The notes under the pieces were generated by a model. That model did not search any database and was not told the origin of the DNA. It was given only the letters and a program-made list of their open reading frames with translations. This document shows, one piece after another, positions 29,621 to 43,180 of a stretch of DNA of 64,000 nt; the first letter of the stretch is position 1; each line of letters opens with the position of its first letter. The translations under genes were made by a program, and so were the position numbers. Source of the DNA: the human T2T-CHM13v2.0 reference genome, Homo sapiens; NCBI RefSeq assembly GCF_009914755.1, contig NC_060936.1, one strand, 5' to 3'.

Positions 29621-30729
29621 AGCAGCTGGGGTGAAAGCCGGATGGGGACAGGGGAGCCCCTCTATGCCACACCAGAAAGTGAGTTCTCCTAGAAAATACT
29701 TCAGAGCGCCTTAGATAGCGCTGCCTGACAACCATGAAAGGCATTATTGGGTGGCACTGGTTATACAAGTTTTGTGACCCTGTGACCCCAAGCCATTGTG
29801 ACTCAGCCAACTGGAGCAATGTCTCCAACAGCGTTACAGAAAATGGGGCAGCTGATGGTTCACATAGCATCCCCCCCGGCCGGTGAACTCAGTCATTCTG
29901 TCAGAAAAGGCAGCAGGGTTCACTCCTGATTTTTGTTCTAGTGTTCCCAGTCATGCCCCTGGCCCTCCCTTTTCTCTGGGTTACTTGAACCTTTCTCCTC
30001 TCTTATTGTGAGTTGTTAAGCCTGTGAGACCGAGACCTATGGCAGCTTTTCCCATTTCTCCAGAGCCAGCTGCTTTTCCTTCCTGGTTGTAGTGAAATGT
30101 TGTAGCTTTGACAACCAAGCCGCATGATGTAAGGTTTAAGGTGGGGTCCGAATGCGGGGGACTCCCGACTCCGGGCTTGGCCTGGCCCTTGGCCAAGATA
30201 AGAGACCTGAGATGCTTCCTTTTCCCTCGTGGTTCCAGTTCTCCAGCCCAGCATCCTTCTTACCACCTGTGCACAGAGACCGGATCAATGACTGGACTTA
30301 ACATATTGGCTCAGGGTCCTCGACATTGGGGCTCTCTATAAGATGGAAGGGGCCTTACCCCTGGAGGTTCCACTGGGGTACCCTGTCATTATCTGAGCGT
30401 GGAACATTCCCAGAGAGACGCAGCTCCTGCTCGTGAGAGGCTGCTGTGCAGAGCGTAGCTTTACCTCATCTTACAGCTTAGTTCCTTGGCAGACCTGGGA
30501 TTGTTTTCGTTCTTTTCTGCGACTCAGTTTTCCCAGCAGATAAGGGGTGGGGTCATAACTTCACTCATCAGGGGAAGTAAGATGACTTGGGAGATAATTG
30601 CTTGATAAGCACAAGCCTAGAGCAAAAAGGACAGTAATGAGCACTGTCTCGCTATCTCCCTATGCGCGCAAGAGCATCACAAGACCAGGGCGAGAGGGAG
30701 GACCAGGGTGAGAAACAGGTTGTGGCTAA

Positions 30730-31175
<446 letters not shown>

Positions 31176-32480
31176 CACCTTTGTACTTTTAATGCTCAGG
31201 GACCTGGGGGGGGACCCAGGCCAGGACTTGCCATGTACAGAGTCAAGACCGCCCAGTGTGTGCTTGTCTAGTCCCTTGTGTACGTGGATTCAAGCCACAT
31301 AACTCTTCTAGCCCAGCACGCTCCCAGCAGGGCCCGCCTCCCCGCCTAAGCTAACTGCGGTGCTCTTGGTCGGGGAACCCATGGTCTGAATGCGAGTACC
31401 CTGCTGGGTCCAGGACGGTGGAGACTCACGCTTCTCCCCAACCAAACAGTGATCTGCTTGCTGCCTTTGGATTAGGCCAGGAGACCCTCCCTCACTGGCC
31501 TTTTATTAAGAAAGAAAATCAGACTCGTCTTTGAACTCAGAACTCTCAAGTTCATTTGAACTCTCAAATTCTTGTGCCTGTGTGAGTTTTTCTCCTCTGC
31601 CTTGTCCAGCCGCGGGGCATGTGGCGTCGTACAGTCCTTACCAATGTTTGGAGCTGCCTGCCCTAAGGTGCGGCTGAGAGGCTGAGAAGATGCTGAGTGA
31701 CAGTCCACAGGCTGGGAGTGCAGGGCTGGTGGGGCTTCATGCTGGTAAAGTGAGGTGGTTCTCCCAGAGCCCATTTGGTACCTTCCTCTTCAGATGCACT
31801 TCTGATATTATCTTCTTTATTCTTTAGCCATACCTAAAAGGCAGGGAAGGGCCGCATCTCACAATCCCTGCTTTACAGATGGGAACACTGAAGCAATAGA
31901 ATATGAAGCTAGACTCTGCAGCCCCTCGTGGTGGAAGCACACCTCCCTGGCAGGAGCAAATCCCCTTATGCTCCTGGGGGGTAGGTGAGTTTGTGACTGC
32001 TGCAGGCGGAGGTCTGGGTGGCCCTTCCCACTATTGCCACATCTGCTGTCCACCCAACATGCCCACACTCACTGCCATATCGTAAGGGAAAGGAGAGGAG
32101 GAAAGGAGGAAGGAAAGAGAGGCCTGTCCACACCATGGGCTATCAATAGCTCCTGGAGCCGAGAACCAAGGTCCCTGATGAGCGGGCTCTGACATAAGAG
32201 TGCCTCTGTTGAGGAGGGTGGACCAGCAAAACCTGGGCCCACCCACTCCTGCGTCCAGCCGGCTACCACACTGGAGGCCTGTGAGTCACTCCCCCGGCAA
32301 GCCCTGGTACGGGTGACGACGAGGGAGCTCAGCTGGCACTGGGGGGACTTGGCAGGAGGCCTCCTGCACAGCATCTAGTTCAGCAGTGCCAGCGAGGGGA
32401 GGCCCTGGCATGTCATTTACTGAGCAGCAGGTCTCCAGGGACATTGCAGCTGCCCTCCCTGGTGCATGTGTGTCCGGAAC

Positions 32481-32800
32481 TGTGTAACCATCACCCAAGT
32501 CAACAGTTAGAATACGACACCCCCAGCCACATGGCACCTCCCTGAGCATAATTTCCTCCTCCACCTAAACATCACCACTCACCTGATAACAATGCTTTTC
32601 CTTTATCATTTATAGGCACATGTAAGCGTCTAGCTCTGTGTGCATCCCTAAACAGCATAGCGTTTTTAACTACATGGAATCATATTGTGTGTGTGCCTGT
32701 GGCTCTGGCTTCTTGGTTTAGCATTGTGAGATGCACTCATGGTGTTGCGTGTAGCTAGAGTTACTCGTTTTCACTGCTGTATAGTGTTCTGTTGCCTATA
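32481..32800 (-). mobile_element. Old L1 (L1ME-like) 3' remnant
   Basis: tgtaaccatcacccaagtcaa...tggaatcatat...ttttcactgctgtatagtgttc. Confidence 0.55.
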
Positions 32801-33040
32801 AAATACCCCTTCAGCCAATGGGCGGCAGGTAGGTCACTGTTTATTCCTCGCTTGCTGGTATTTTTAGTACCTGCATGAATCAAACACACCCCGTAATGGC
32901 ATCTACAACTACCAGGCGTATATGAGGGGCAGAGACCAAGGGTGGTCACAAAGTCCTTTGCAAGTCTCACCCTTAAGCGCGTGGGGACTGTGTTGTTGCT
33001 GGCAGCCAGAATTAATGCTGATGTCCTGTATGTCTTGCAG

Positions 33041-33149
33041 CTTGCCGGGATTGCTGTCCTTGCCATTGGACTATGGCTCCGATTCGACTCTCAGACCAAG
33101 AGCATCTTCGAGCAAGAAACTAATAATAATAATTCCAGCTTCTACACAG
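33041..33149 (+). CDS. CD9: CD9 coding exon 2 ([36 protein letters not shown]; end of TM1 and small extracellular loop)
   Basis: Acceptor tgtcttgcag|CTT, donor ACAG|gtgagg; 109 nt. Confidence 0.99.
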
Positions 33150-34740
33150 GTGAGGGACGGGGAAGGCTCAGTGAATTCAGACCCTGGCTCCAACAAAGTT
33201 CCTGCAACTTTGGAGGCCCCATGTTGACCCAGGGACTTGGGCTTGGGAAAGACTTTTGCTCTAGCCACGCTGGCCAGTCGTGTCCCTTTCAAGTTGTGCA
33301 GTTTTTGTGTGTGTCGTTGTGCCTGGGAATTTGCGTTTAACTGATGTGGTTTCTTTTCCTGATGGCCAAGTCAGGCATGTTGATGGTTCTCTGATGTGAT
33401 GTAGCCTCTGCCAAAGTTGTACTCATTCTTGAGGGTTTACGAACCTCTGTTCTCATCTCTGATGCTCTCTCCTGATTGTCTTCTTATCCTGCATCATTTC
33501 CTTAATTCAAAAAGCTTTGTCCTGGGGATCTGCAGTGCTGGAAGAAGATATAGACAGCTTTCCTCTTCACTGTTCAGATAGGGACTCTGAGACTGGGAAA
33601 AACATCAGCCTCCTGGAAAACACAGCAACAATAGGAGAGACTAGAATGGACTCTGCCCAGTCCTTTGGACCCCTGGTACTGGGGTAAATGCTGTAGTGTT
33701 TAGTTTTATTTGTTTGTATTTGACACGACTTTTGCTTTGGGAGAGAGGCTTCCAGTTTAAACCTGCCTGGGATCCTCTGAACATGAACAGACTTGGCAGG
33801 TTTCTTTCTACACTCAGGCTTCTTGGCAGCCTTGCTAGACCATTCTATCCCTCTCGTTGCCGTATCACCACGTCAAAGCTCCCTTCAGAGGAGGGGGAGC
33901 CTGGTGCCTGCCAAGTGCAGTTGCCCGCGTCTGCGTGAATTCAGACTCTGCGGCTGTACTCTGCCTGGCTTGGAGGTAGGAAACTTTTCATTTGTGAGGA
34001 ACAAAGGAAACCTCCTATTTTTAGGATGACGCTGACATGTTGTCAGGCTCAAAATGTAAGTTTGGTCACTTCCTTCCCACCCACCAAAAAAGTTATTTTT
34101 ACAAACGAGGGAGAAAACAGTTATCTCCCAGTCCCTCAGGGAGAAGCAAGGCTGGCCAGCCACGTAGACCTTCCCTTTCCCACCTCTTGAACTGGGTAGG
34201 GAGAGTCTTTAAAAACAGCTCCTTTGGTTGCGTAACATTTGAGCCCTGTGGATAGTTTTGCTGGGTTTACTGCTTTTTATTGTTAGCTGGGGTTTTTTGG
34301 GGTGTGTCTCTCTATTATCGGAAAGAAAGTGAGAGAAAGCACAATGTATGTTTAGAAAAAAAACTACACATACACACAGAGTTTTTGGGGAACAGGTTTC
34401 TATAGCGCCCTGACTTGTTTTGGCAACAGACCATTTTTTGGGAGTCTGTGACAGGCTTAGAATGCTGTCCTGCAGAGCAGGAGGGAGGAGCCGGGTGCGG
34501 GTGCTGGGGAAGACTCTCCACACTCCACGCCGTGTTCCAGAAGGGAGCCCTGTGCTGGGGGAGCAGGTCTGCCGGCAGGAGCAGGCACAGTCAGGCCTGC
34601 TTTCCTAAGCAAAAGCCCTGTGGCCGGCGCGTGTGTCTCCAAAGAGAGACTCAGTCCTCCCTTGTCCTGGCTGCTTCTAACAACCCACTTTTTCTTTTCT
34701 GTTACCCAAAGCCTCTATGGCTGATTCTTTATATTTTTAG

Positions 34741-35112
<372 letters not shown>

Positions 35113-35862
35113 GGAAGACACTAACATTTTTGAGCCCCCTTCTTTGTGTGTCATTCATTGTCTTGTGTGTATTATATAATTTAATCCCCTTAGCTCTACG
35201 AGGAGTGTGGAGTGATTCTCATCTCACAAGTGCAGAAACCGAGGCCTAGAGAGCTGAAATAACTTGTCTAAGCTTATATTCCCTCAAGAGGCAGGGCCAG
35301 GTTTTGAACCCAGGCCTAAAAGAGCTGCTTCTCGGGTTGTCATTGCCAGGTTGTGGGGTCTCCCTCTGTAGGAATGGAAGAGGTCTGTACTGGCTGAATG
35401 TGCCCCATTGGCAGGGATGGGGTGGCGCTGTCTTGGCCCTTTTACTTCACCCAAATTGCAGTCAGGGAGAGAAACCCCTGCGTCGGTGGCCCAGCCAGCA
35501 GCTGACAGGTGGGAAAGCTGCAGGGTGGCAGGAGAATGGTGAGTGCCATTAGAGGAGCTGGGGCTCACCTCTGGGAACCTCACAGGATTCAGATCCTGCA
35601 GGTCATTGCAGGGCCCTGCTGGTGGCCGGTGGTCCTACCTGAAGTGACCAGGAGGGTGATTTGAAGGCACAACCCCAAAGAGACACAGATCCCCTAGTTG
35701 GGTTCTAAGGGCCACTGTCCACTTAGCTCTGCCAGGGAAATACAGATCCTTTGCAGCGACACCCCATTCGGGGAAGAGAGCGGAGCTTTGAAGACTTCGT
35801 TCTGCCTGCAGAAGCGCCGGCAAGGGGGATGATGCACGGTAAAGTTAGAACAGCAGCACTGT

Positions 35863-36195
<333 letters not shown>

Positions 36196-37018
36196 CAGCA
36201 GCACAGCACTCTGAGCACTGCTTAGGTCTGAGCTATGCCCTGAACGTCACTGAACGCTTTAGGAAATAATAATTGTCGTCCATGGGCAAAGGGCCAAGGA
36301 GGCGTCGCTCTGTGTCCCCTTCCCCACGAGGCTGTGAGACCAGCCTTCTGTACTGGCCCAGAGCCCTTCTCCTAGCAGATGAGCTTGGAGTGCCAGCCAC
36401 ACCCTGGCTACTTTTCCAAGGGATAGTCATGGGGTGACCGCCCCTTGCACTGGGCCACCAACTGTCTGCAGAGCAACCCACAGGCCAGCCTGACCATGCA
36501 GCTGACTTTTCAGGAAACCTGAACAGCCCAGGGGTGTCTTTTCTCCAGTGGGGCCACAGCTTACCAAGTAGAGAAAGAGTATATAACCAGGCAGAAAAGC
36601 AAGTGAAAACCTTTCCAACATTCAGAACAGTCTATGGTAAGTCCAGAGCAGCTGACAGCCTTATATGGGCCTTCTCTCCAATCCAGGCCTGGAGATTCAG
36701 CCCGTCAGCAAGATCCCTAATCCCAGGCTGCAAACTTGTTGGGGAACTTCATTTTCTTGGTCCTAGGCCAGCAGCCTTTCCCAGCTCCCTGGTGTCCCTC
36801 CAGAACCATGGCTGCTGAATGAGGGCATCTAGGGGGGCTCCAGCCAGAGGCCGTGAATGCCCCCCCTTCCTCGGCCAGCCCCCTATCCATGATGAGGTGC
36901 CTGGTGATTTTCAGGACACGCGACACTTGGCCTTAGTAAGCTGGCATCCCCATCCTGGCTTGTGACCTGGGGCAGTTCATTTTATTGCTCTGGGCTTCAT
37001 TTTTCTCCCTCCTGAAAC

Positions 37019-37058
37019 CAGCACAGCTTACACAACCACAGCACAGCTTACACACCCA
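37019..37058. repeat. 20-bp tandem duplication
   Basis: cagcacagcttacacaacca followed by cagcacagcttacacaccca. Confidence 0.85.
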
Positions 37059-38869
37059 CTCCCCTCTGGGGCAAAGAAGTACAGTGTGTGGCAAATGGAA
37101 TTCCATTGTGGCACTTATTCCCGTGAACTCGGGAGGGCGGGAACCAAGACGAAACCAGTCGGGGCAGAGGTAGGGCTCCTTTGAACACCTGGTGGAGTTA
37201 TTTGGATATAATAAACTTTTATTGCAGGCCAGAGGCCCTACCGGATTTTGTTCTCCTTCACACAAACGGGCGTGGTGAGTGCTGTTTGCAGGACAGAGCT
37301 GGTGTAGGGACGGGAGCCTGCTGTGTCCTCTCCCTGGGCTAAACTGAGAGCCCTGGTGAACAGTGAAAAACACTGTTCCATTTCTTGTGTAAAGGACACG
37401 CTGGCATATGCTACTGCTGCTACACCAGCCTTTCTTTTTTTTTTTTTTTTTCTGGGCCTGTAATGTCAGCCTGAAAAAAGCAGAATAAACAACCCTTAAG
37501 CAAATTAATACCGTAATCCTAGAGAAGGCTCTGTGATGGATAACTTTTTCCATGAGTCAGACAGCAAGCTAACATTCGCTTGTTTTATAAAGGGGAACAC
37601 TTTGTCATTTATCAACAGCAGCCTTGGCTAACAAGCTTGGGGTGTAAGCGATGAGTAGCTTCTCCAAAGGGAAGCACTGAATAGCCCTTGTAAAAACCAG
37701 CCCGAGCCCTGCAGTGGTTCCGTGACTTCCATGGGGCCTGCTTCCAGATGAGCTGTCCTGTAGCTTGCCGGCTGCTGCTGAGTCCCCGAACACAGCTGCC
37801 AGGGGATCGCTTCCCTTTTCCCGTGACTAGAGAGGGCTAAAGCTAGGCACTGCAGATCCGTAGCCATCCACGCAAGATTTAAAGCCCACAAAACCCGTGA
37901 TCCTAAAATCTTCCTCTGCTGAGCCCTAGCATGAATATTTAATATTAACCACAAGCCCCATTAGGAGCATGTTCTCTTTCTCTGCGTGGGAAATACTTTC
38001 TCTTTAGTAGCTCACTTGCAGCTAATCCAATTCCCTTGGCCTCTGCCAGGACCGCCAGGTTCAAGAACTGGGATCTGGACTTAGAGAAAACATGTCTGCC
38101 TGTTCGTTCCCACTCCACGGTATTTCATGTGTTTGTAAATCCTTTTGATCTCTTAATACCTCCTGTTTATTCAGCCCCTGCTATGGAGCTCAAAGGAGTG
38201 ACCTCATCCTTCCTTGACTTGCCCCCATTAGATGGGGAGAAACTGGGGCCTTTCTACTGTCCCCATGTGAGAGAACCAAAGGAGGCTGCCCTCTTACCCA
38301 GTGCCCCATGCGTGGGGCTGCACAGCCTCCCCAAGCCCAGCTTGTGGCCTCAACAGCGTTTGACTGCCCAGGAAGATGCGACCTGACTTGAGGACAAGCT
38401 ACATTTGTCCCCTTGCCCAGTGTGGGCCAGGCATGCACAAGAACAATACCCATATTCTTGCAACATGGGGTTTGCCAGTAACCCCACGTGACTTGACCTC
38501 ACGACGGATGTGGGGGAGAAGGGGGAGGAACAAACGCTCTCTGTGTGCATTCTGCTCTGTGCTGCCCGTGAGCCTCAGCTGCGGGCAGACTGCATGGTTT
38601 GTTGCCTGCAAAGTCTCACCCCTGCTCGGGGTGCAGATGTGGGACAGTGAAGTCAGCGTGTCACCTGCCGAGGGTTCTCATCGAGTGTCCTGCTGTGTAT
38701 TGTGGGGAAACATCACAGACTTTCTCTCTCGCGTGCGTGTTTTCAGCCCCTACATCAAGGATATCTCTCTGGTCCCAGTGAAAGGACAGTAGGGATACAG
38801 CAGCAGGTTAAAATTCACCATGGTGATTATTAATGACTGTTACTCATGCTTGGTATAATTGAGATTAAC

Positions 38870-39030
38870 AACAGCTAGCATTTGTTGTGCACATGTGGAT
38901 TATATCACTTAATCCTCACAGCAATCCTGGAAGTGGGCATTATTGCTACTCCTGTTTTACAGATAGAAAACTGTTGCACAGAGAGGTTAAGTGGCTTCCC
39001 CAGAGTCACAGATCTGGTGCTCTCGACATG
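38870..39030 (-). mobile_element. MIR
   Basis: taatcctcacagcaatcc...ttttacagatagaaaactg...agaggttaagtggcttcccc. Confidence 0.7.
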
Positions 39031-39489
39031 TGACAGTAGCCTCTCCCAAGGCTAGATAGAACATGCCTGCAAGACAGGGAGGCACAGAGACTTTGCTGCT
39101 GGTTTTCCTTTGGGACCCATGTAGGGCTGGGGTGCTGATTAAGGGAATAGTCCCTGCAGGACAGCTGTGGCTTCTCAAGAATAGAACTGTGGGGTGGCCC
39201 CTCTGGGCATTCCTTTGGTGGGTTGTGGAACGAATGGGGCCAGTGCTGCTCTACTGTTTGTGTCCCAGGAATTTGCATTGTTCTGGGTTTGGGCAAAAGT
39301 TATAGAAGTTGCTGCCCTTCTCTCACCTCCTTTCCATGAGCCACTCAGATCAAGGGCTTAGTAATGGTGTCACTCATCCTCTCCTTAGCAAGGAGGAGCC
39401 TCTTCACCCTTAACCTGCAATAACTGAGTTATGACTGTTAAGATCTTGTTAGCATGCTATAGAGATCTTTTGAAATTTCCAGGAACATA

Positions 39490-39620
39490 CCTCTTTAATT
39501 TTACTAGTAAGGAAATTGAGGCCCAGAGAGGGAAAATGTCTTACCCCAGGTCACACAGCAATTAGCATCAGTGTTAGGGCCAAAAGAAGGGTCTTCTGAC
39601 ACCCAGATCTGTGTCCTTTG
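39490..39620 (-). mobile_element. MIR
   Basis: aggaaattgaggcccagagagg...ggtcacacagc. Confidence 0.6.
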
Positions 39621-40246
39621 CACTAGAGTCAGGTATTGGACCTTTGCCAAGAGGTGCCTTTGGGTGTTCCTAACTGTATGTGCCTAACCACCACCCAGCA
39701 ACAGGGCAAAGAGGCCCGCCTTCTGGGAACAGGCAGAGTTGGTTCCCCCCACCCCTGGGTAGGGGGGTGCCTAGGTGTGCACGGCCCCTTCCTGCTGGAA
39801 ATCTGCTCTGACAGCGTCCTCTGTAAGGCAGGGTCCCAGAAGTTAGCCAGAGTGTGGAAGGTATATGCTAACTAGCTTGAGTGGATTCATCTTGCTGGAA
39901 AGAGCTGACAGACTGGACCAGTTTGCATTCCGAATGTAGGGATTCCCATGGATATTCTCTGTCCTGGATTGAGGGCTAATGGGCACCTTCCAGAAGGGCT
40001 GAGGGTAAGGTAGGAGCGTGAGCTTGATGAAGCAGAGTCATGCAAGAGAGGCTGGTGGGAAGGAGACCTGGGGCAGAGGTGGAAGAGGAGGCTGTATTTT
40101 AAGGAAAGGGAACTTCTTCCCTGAGATGAGGGGAATAAGGAGGTGGGGAGGCAGGAGTTAGGCAGAGGGAAACAGGAATTGCCGGAGATGCCTGGGCCTC
40201 TGAACTGATGTCTCCACGCGTGTGTGCTTCCTCTGTCCTCCCGCAG

Positions 40247-40344
40247 GAGTCTATATTCTGATCGGAGCCGGCGCCCTCATGATGCTGGTGGGCTTCCTGG
40301 GCTGCTGCGGGGCTGTGCAGGAGTCCCAGTGCATGCTGGGACTG
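40247..40344 (+). CDS. CD9: CD9 coding exon 3 ([33 protein letters not shown]; TM2)
   Basis: Acceptor ctcccgcag|GA, donor CTG|gtgagt; 98 nt; tetraspanin GFLGCCGA motif. Confidence 0.99.
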
Positions 40345-41026
40345 GTGAGTATCCCCTCGGCATCCCCACAGCCACCCTGACTCCCACCAACAAAAACCTC
40401 AGCAGGCCCAGACCCAGACCACAGAACAGATGGAGGGGGATGGGGTCAGGAAGGTACCCAAAGGGCATGAGCTGTCCTCAGCCTGGGCCCCTCCCCGATG
40501 TGAGGCGTCGCCCCTCTTCCTTTCTGGAGCCTGTCTTATCGCTTCCCCTAGGCAACTAAAAGGACTATGTTTCCCCCTTTTCTCGAGGACCACGTTTGCT
40601 TTTTTTCCCTGAATCCACAGGTACCTTTGCCTTCTCCTTCTTGTTTCAAAATCTGTTTTGGTCTTTTCCGAACTCCACGGAGTGGATTCGCTCCCTTTAC
40701 TTGCCCAAATCTCTTGTCTTTTGTGAACAATAGTAGTTGCCTGCTCACTGACTCTTAACTAACGCCTTGTAAATGCTAGTTCTGGGCTCAGCTGTGCTCA
40801 GCTCTTTCCTCATGTCCGGGCACCTTGCCTCACTGTGGCCTCTGTCCTGGGCTTGGTTAACTGCCTGTTCTGTGAACTTCTTCCCTGCCCCTGCTAGGCT
40901 ATTCATTTGTGTCACCAGATGCCTGTTCCCAGGGAGTTGTCCTTCTTCCTTGTCCCAAAATACCCTTTGATTTTCCTGGCTGGTTGGCTGGGACTGTTCT
41001 CACCCCGTCCCCTCGTTGCCTTCCAG

Positions 41027-41101
41027 TTCTTCGGCTTCCTCTTGGTGATATTCGCCATTGAAATAGCTGCGGCCATCTGGGGATATTCCCACAAGGATGA
41101 G
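41027..41101 (+). CDS. CD9: CD9 coding exon 4 ([25 protein letters not shown]; TM3)
   Basis: Acceptor gccttccag|TTC, donor GAG|gtaggt; 75 nt. Confidence 0.99.
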
Positions 41102-42555
41102 GTAGGTTTTTCCCATGAGATCTCTTGGGTTTGGGAGTTGGGGGATGGGGGACAGTGAAGCAGGGGGCAAGTCCTGGCTGGGCACTTTGTTCAGCTTTCA
41201 GCTGTTGACCAGGCCTCTTATCTCATCGCGTCCCTGTGTGCCAGCGAATGTGCCCTCCTCGGGGCAGGGAATGTCAGTGCGCTTACTGTCCTGTCCGAGA
41301 TTGTGCCAGCCATGGTGTTGACTCATAGTAGATGTTCAGAAACTACCCATTGGGCCTGTGCGTGTGTCTTTCTGTCCATCTCACACCTCAGCAGCCCTTC
41401 CCCACAACTTTTAGAAAGATTACTCAGGAAATACAGGCTTTCTGTGGGCTGGACACCCTTGCCTCCTCCTCTGATCTATAAATAACATGTTCAAGTGCTG
41501 CCCCCATGAGCCAAGTGCTGCCCCCAAGCCTGTGCAGGGTCCACAGATGTTTGAACTATGGGCCCCACATCCGGAGACTTGGCCATCTAGTATGGGGAAA
41601 AGACATGAAATTGATAAGGGTCATAGAGGTGATTTATATCCAAAGTACTATGGGATTTGAAAAGGTGGGGCTGGGAAGGGAATCTCTTTTGGCTTCATAG
41701 AGAAGGGAGCCGTGACCTAAACCTTGAATGAGAGATGCGTTCAGGAGGAAAGTTAGTGGAGGCAGGGGACTTCCAGTCAAAGGGGCTGAGCATGGCTGAG
41801 CTTGGGCTTACGTGGGGAGCCCTGCAGAGTTTTGGACCAGGATGGGCCATATCAGAGTAGTGTTTTTGGAAGGGCTGCCTTGTCATGTTCAGCAGGAAGG
41901 GGGAAGGAAGAGAGATGCTGAGATGCTGGAGGCAGGAACCCTATTGTTTTGTTTTGTTCTTGAGACTAGTCAAGCGCGGTAGTGAGAAACAGGGAAGAGT
42001 AGAACAAGGACTTCCATCTGTAACTGACGTGAGCAATCCATTGAGATAACTCACTACTTTTAGCCCAGCCAAGGGAACTCTGTTTAAAAAAAAAAAAAAA
42101 ACATGTCTGTAAGCAATAACAGCTACAGCCATAGAAATAGGAGGGGATCATTGTGAAAAATGTCAGACAGATGCTGAAGGAAAAATGCTGGCTGTTGGTC
42201 TGTTAACTGGATGTGGTGAGCATCAAAGGGGCAGACAGACATTAAATTGGGATGCGCCAGGCGCAGGCACATAATAATACATCCCCTATATTATGATACA
42301 ATAGCTGGCACGTGCTCCAGATTTACTCTGTACTGGACATAGTGGTAAAGGCTTAACATGCAATATTTCATTTAAATTCTCACAAATAATCTATGAGCTG
42401 TAGGGACAAATGTGGAAACTCCATACAGAGAGGCTTAGTAATTTGCCAAAACTCATACCTAAGTGAAGAGAAAAACAAGATGGAAGCCTGAGAAAATAGT
42501 CAGGTCAGGAGTAGTATTTCAATTATTATCATCCTCTAGATCATAGAGATTCAAT

Positions 42556-42579
42556 TTAGGAGCCAAGTTAGGAGCCAAG
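42556..42579. repeat. 12-bp tandem duplication
   Basis: ttaggagccaag twice. Confidence 0.85.
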
Positions 42580-42843
42580 TAGAGCTGAAGGACTGACCAA
42601 AGTGTAAGGGACAGGGAGAAACGGCCCGAGTGGGTTTCTGGAGGATGTGGGAGGAGATGGGAAGTGCCCAAAGGCCCTGAGAGAAGGCAGTGCTAGCAGC
42701 TGCCATCTGCCCAGTGACGTTGTCCAAGCACAGGCATCTGGTGGCTGAGAGCTTAGAGAGAACAAGATGGAACGCATAACATTTGTTCGTGGAGGAAGAT
42801 GTGAAAATGCCGTCTCTGCCCCTCTCTCGTCTGCCCATTGTAG

Positions 42844-42942
42844 GTGATTAAGGAAGTCCAGGAGTTTTACAAGGACACCTACAACAAGCTGAAAACCAAG
42901 GATGAGCCCCAGCGGGAAACGCTGAAAGCCATCCACTATGCG
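42844..42942 (+). CDS. CD9: CD9 coding exon 5 ([33 protein letters not shown]; large extracellular loop)
   Basis: Acceptor cattgtag|GTG, donor GCG|gtatgt; 99 nt. Confidence 0.99.
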
Positions 42943-43090
42943 GTATGTCGCCTTGGCAAAGACACCCTCCTGCGCTTTCTCCGGATTGTGTCTGCACACA
43001 GGGTGCTGACTGCACCAGACCAGTGCAAACATTCTAATCGTCTTCTTAAAATTTGTTTCTCTCATCCCCATCCCTGCCTTCTCGCTGTAG

Positions 43091-43180
43091 TTGAACTGCT
43101 GTGGTTTGGCTGGGGGCGTGGAACAGTTTATCTCAGACATCTGCCCCAAGAAGGACGTACTCGAAACCTTCACCGTGAAG
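43091..43180 (+). CDS. CD9: CD9 coding exon 6 ([30 protein letters not shown]; CCG motif)
   Basis: Acceptor ctcgctgtag|TTG, donor AAG|gtaaac; 90 nt; tetraspanin CCG signature. Confidence 0.99.

Noticed and set aside
36933-37553. 206-aa ATG-initiated antisense ORF in intron 2
   Set aside because: No recognisable motif, includes a poly-K run from a T tract; roughly one ORF this long is plausible by chance in six frames of 64 kb
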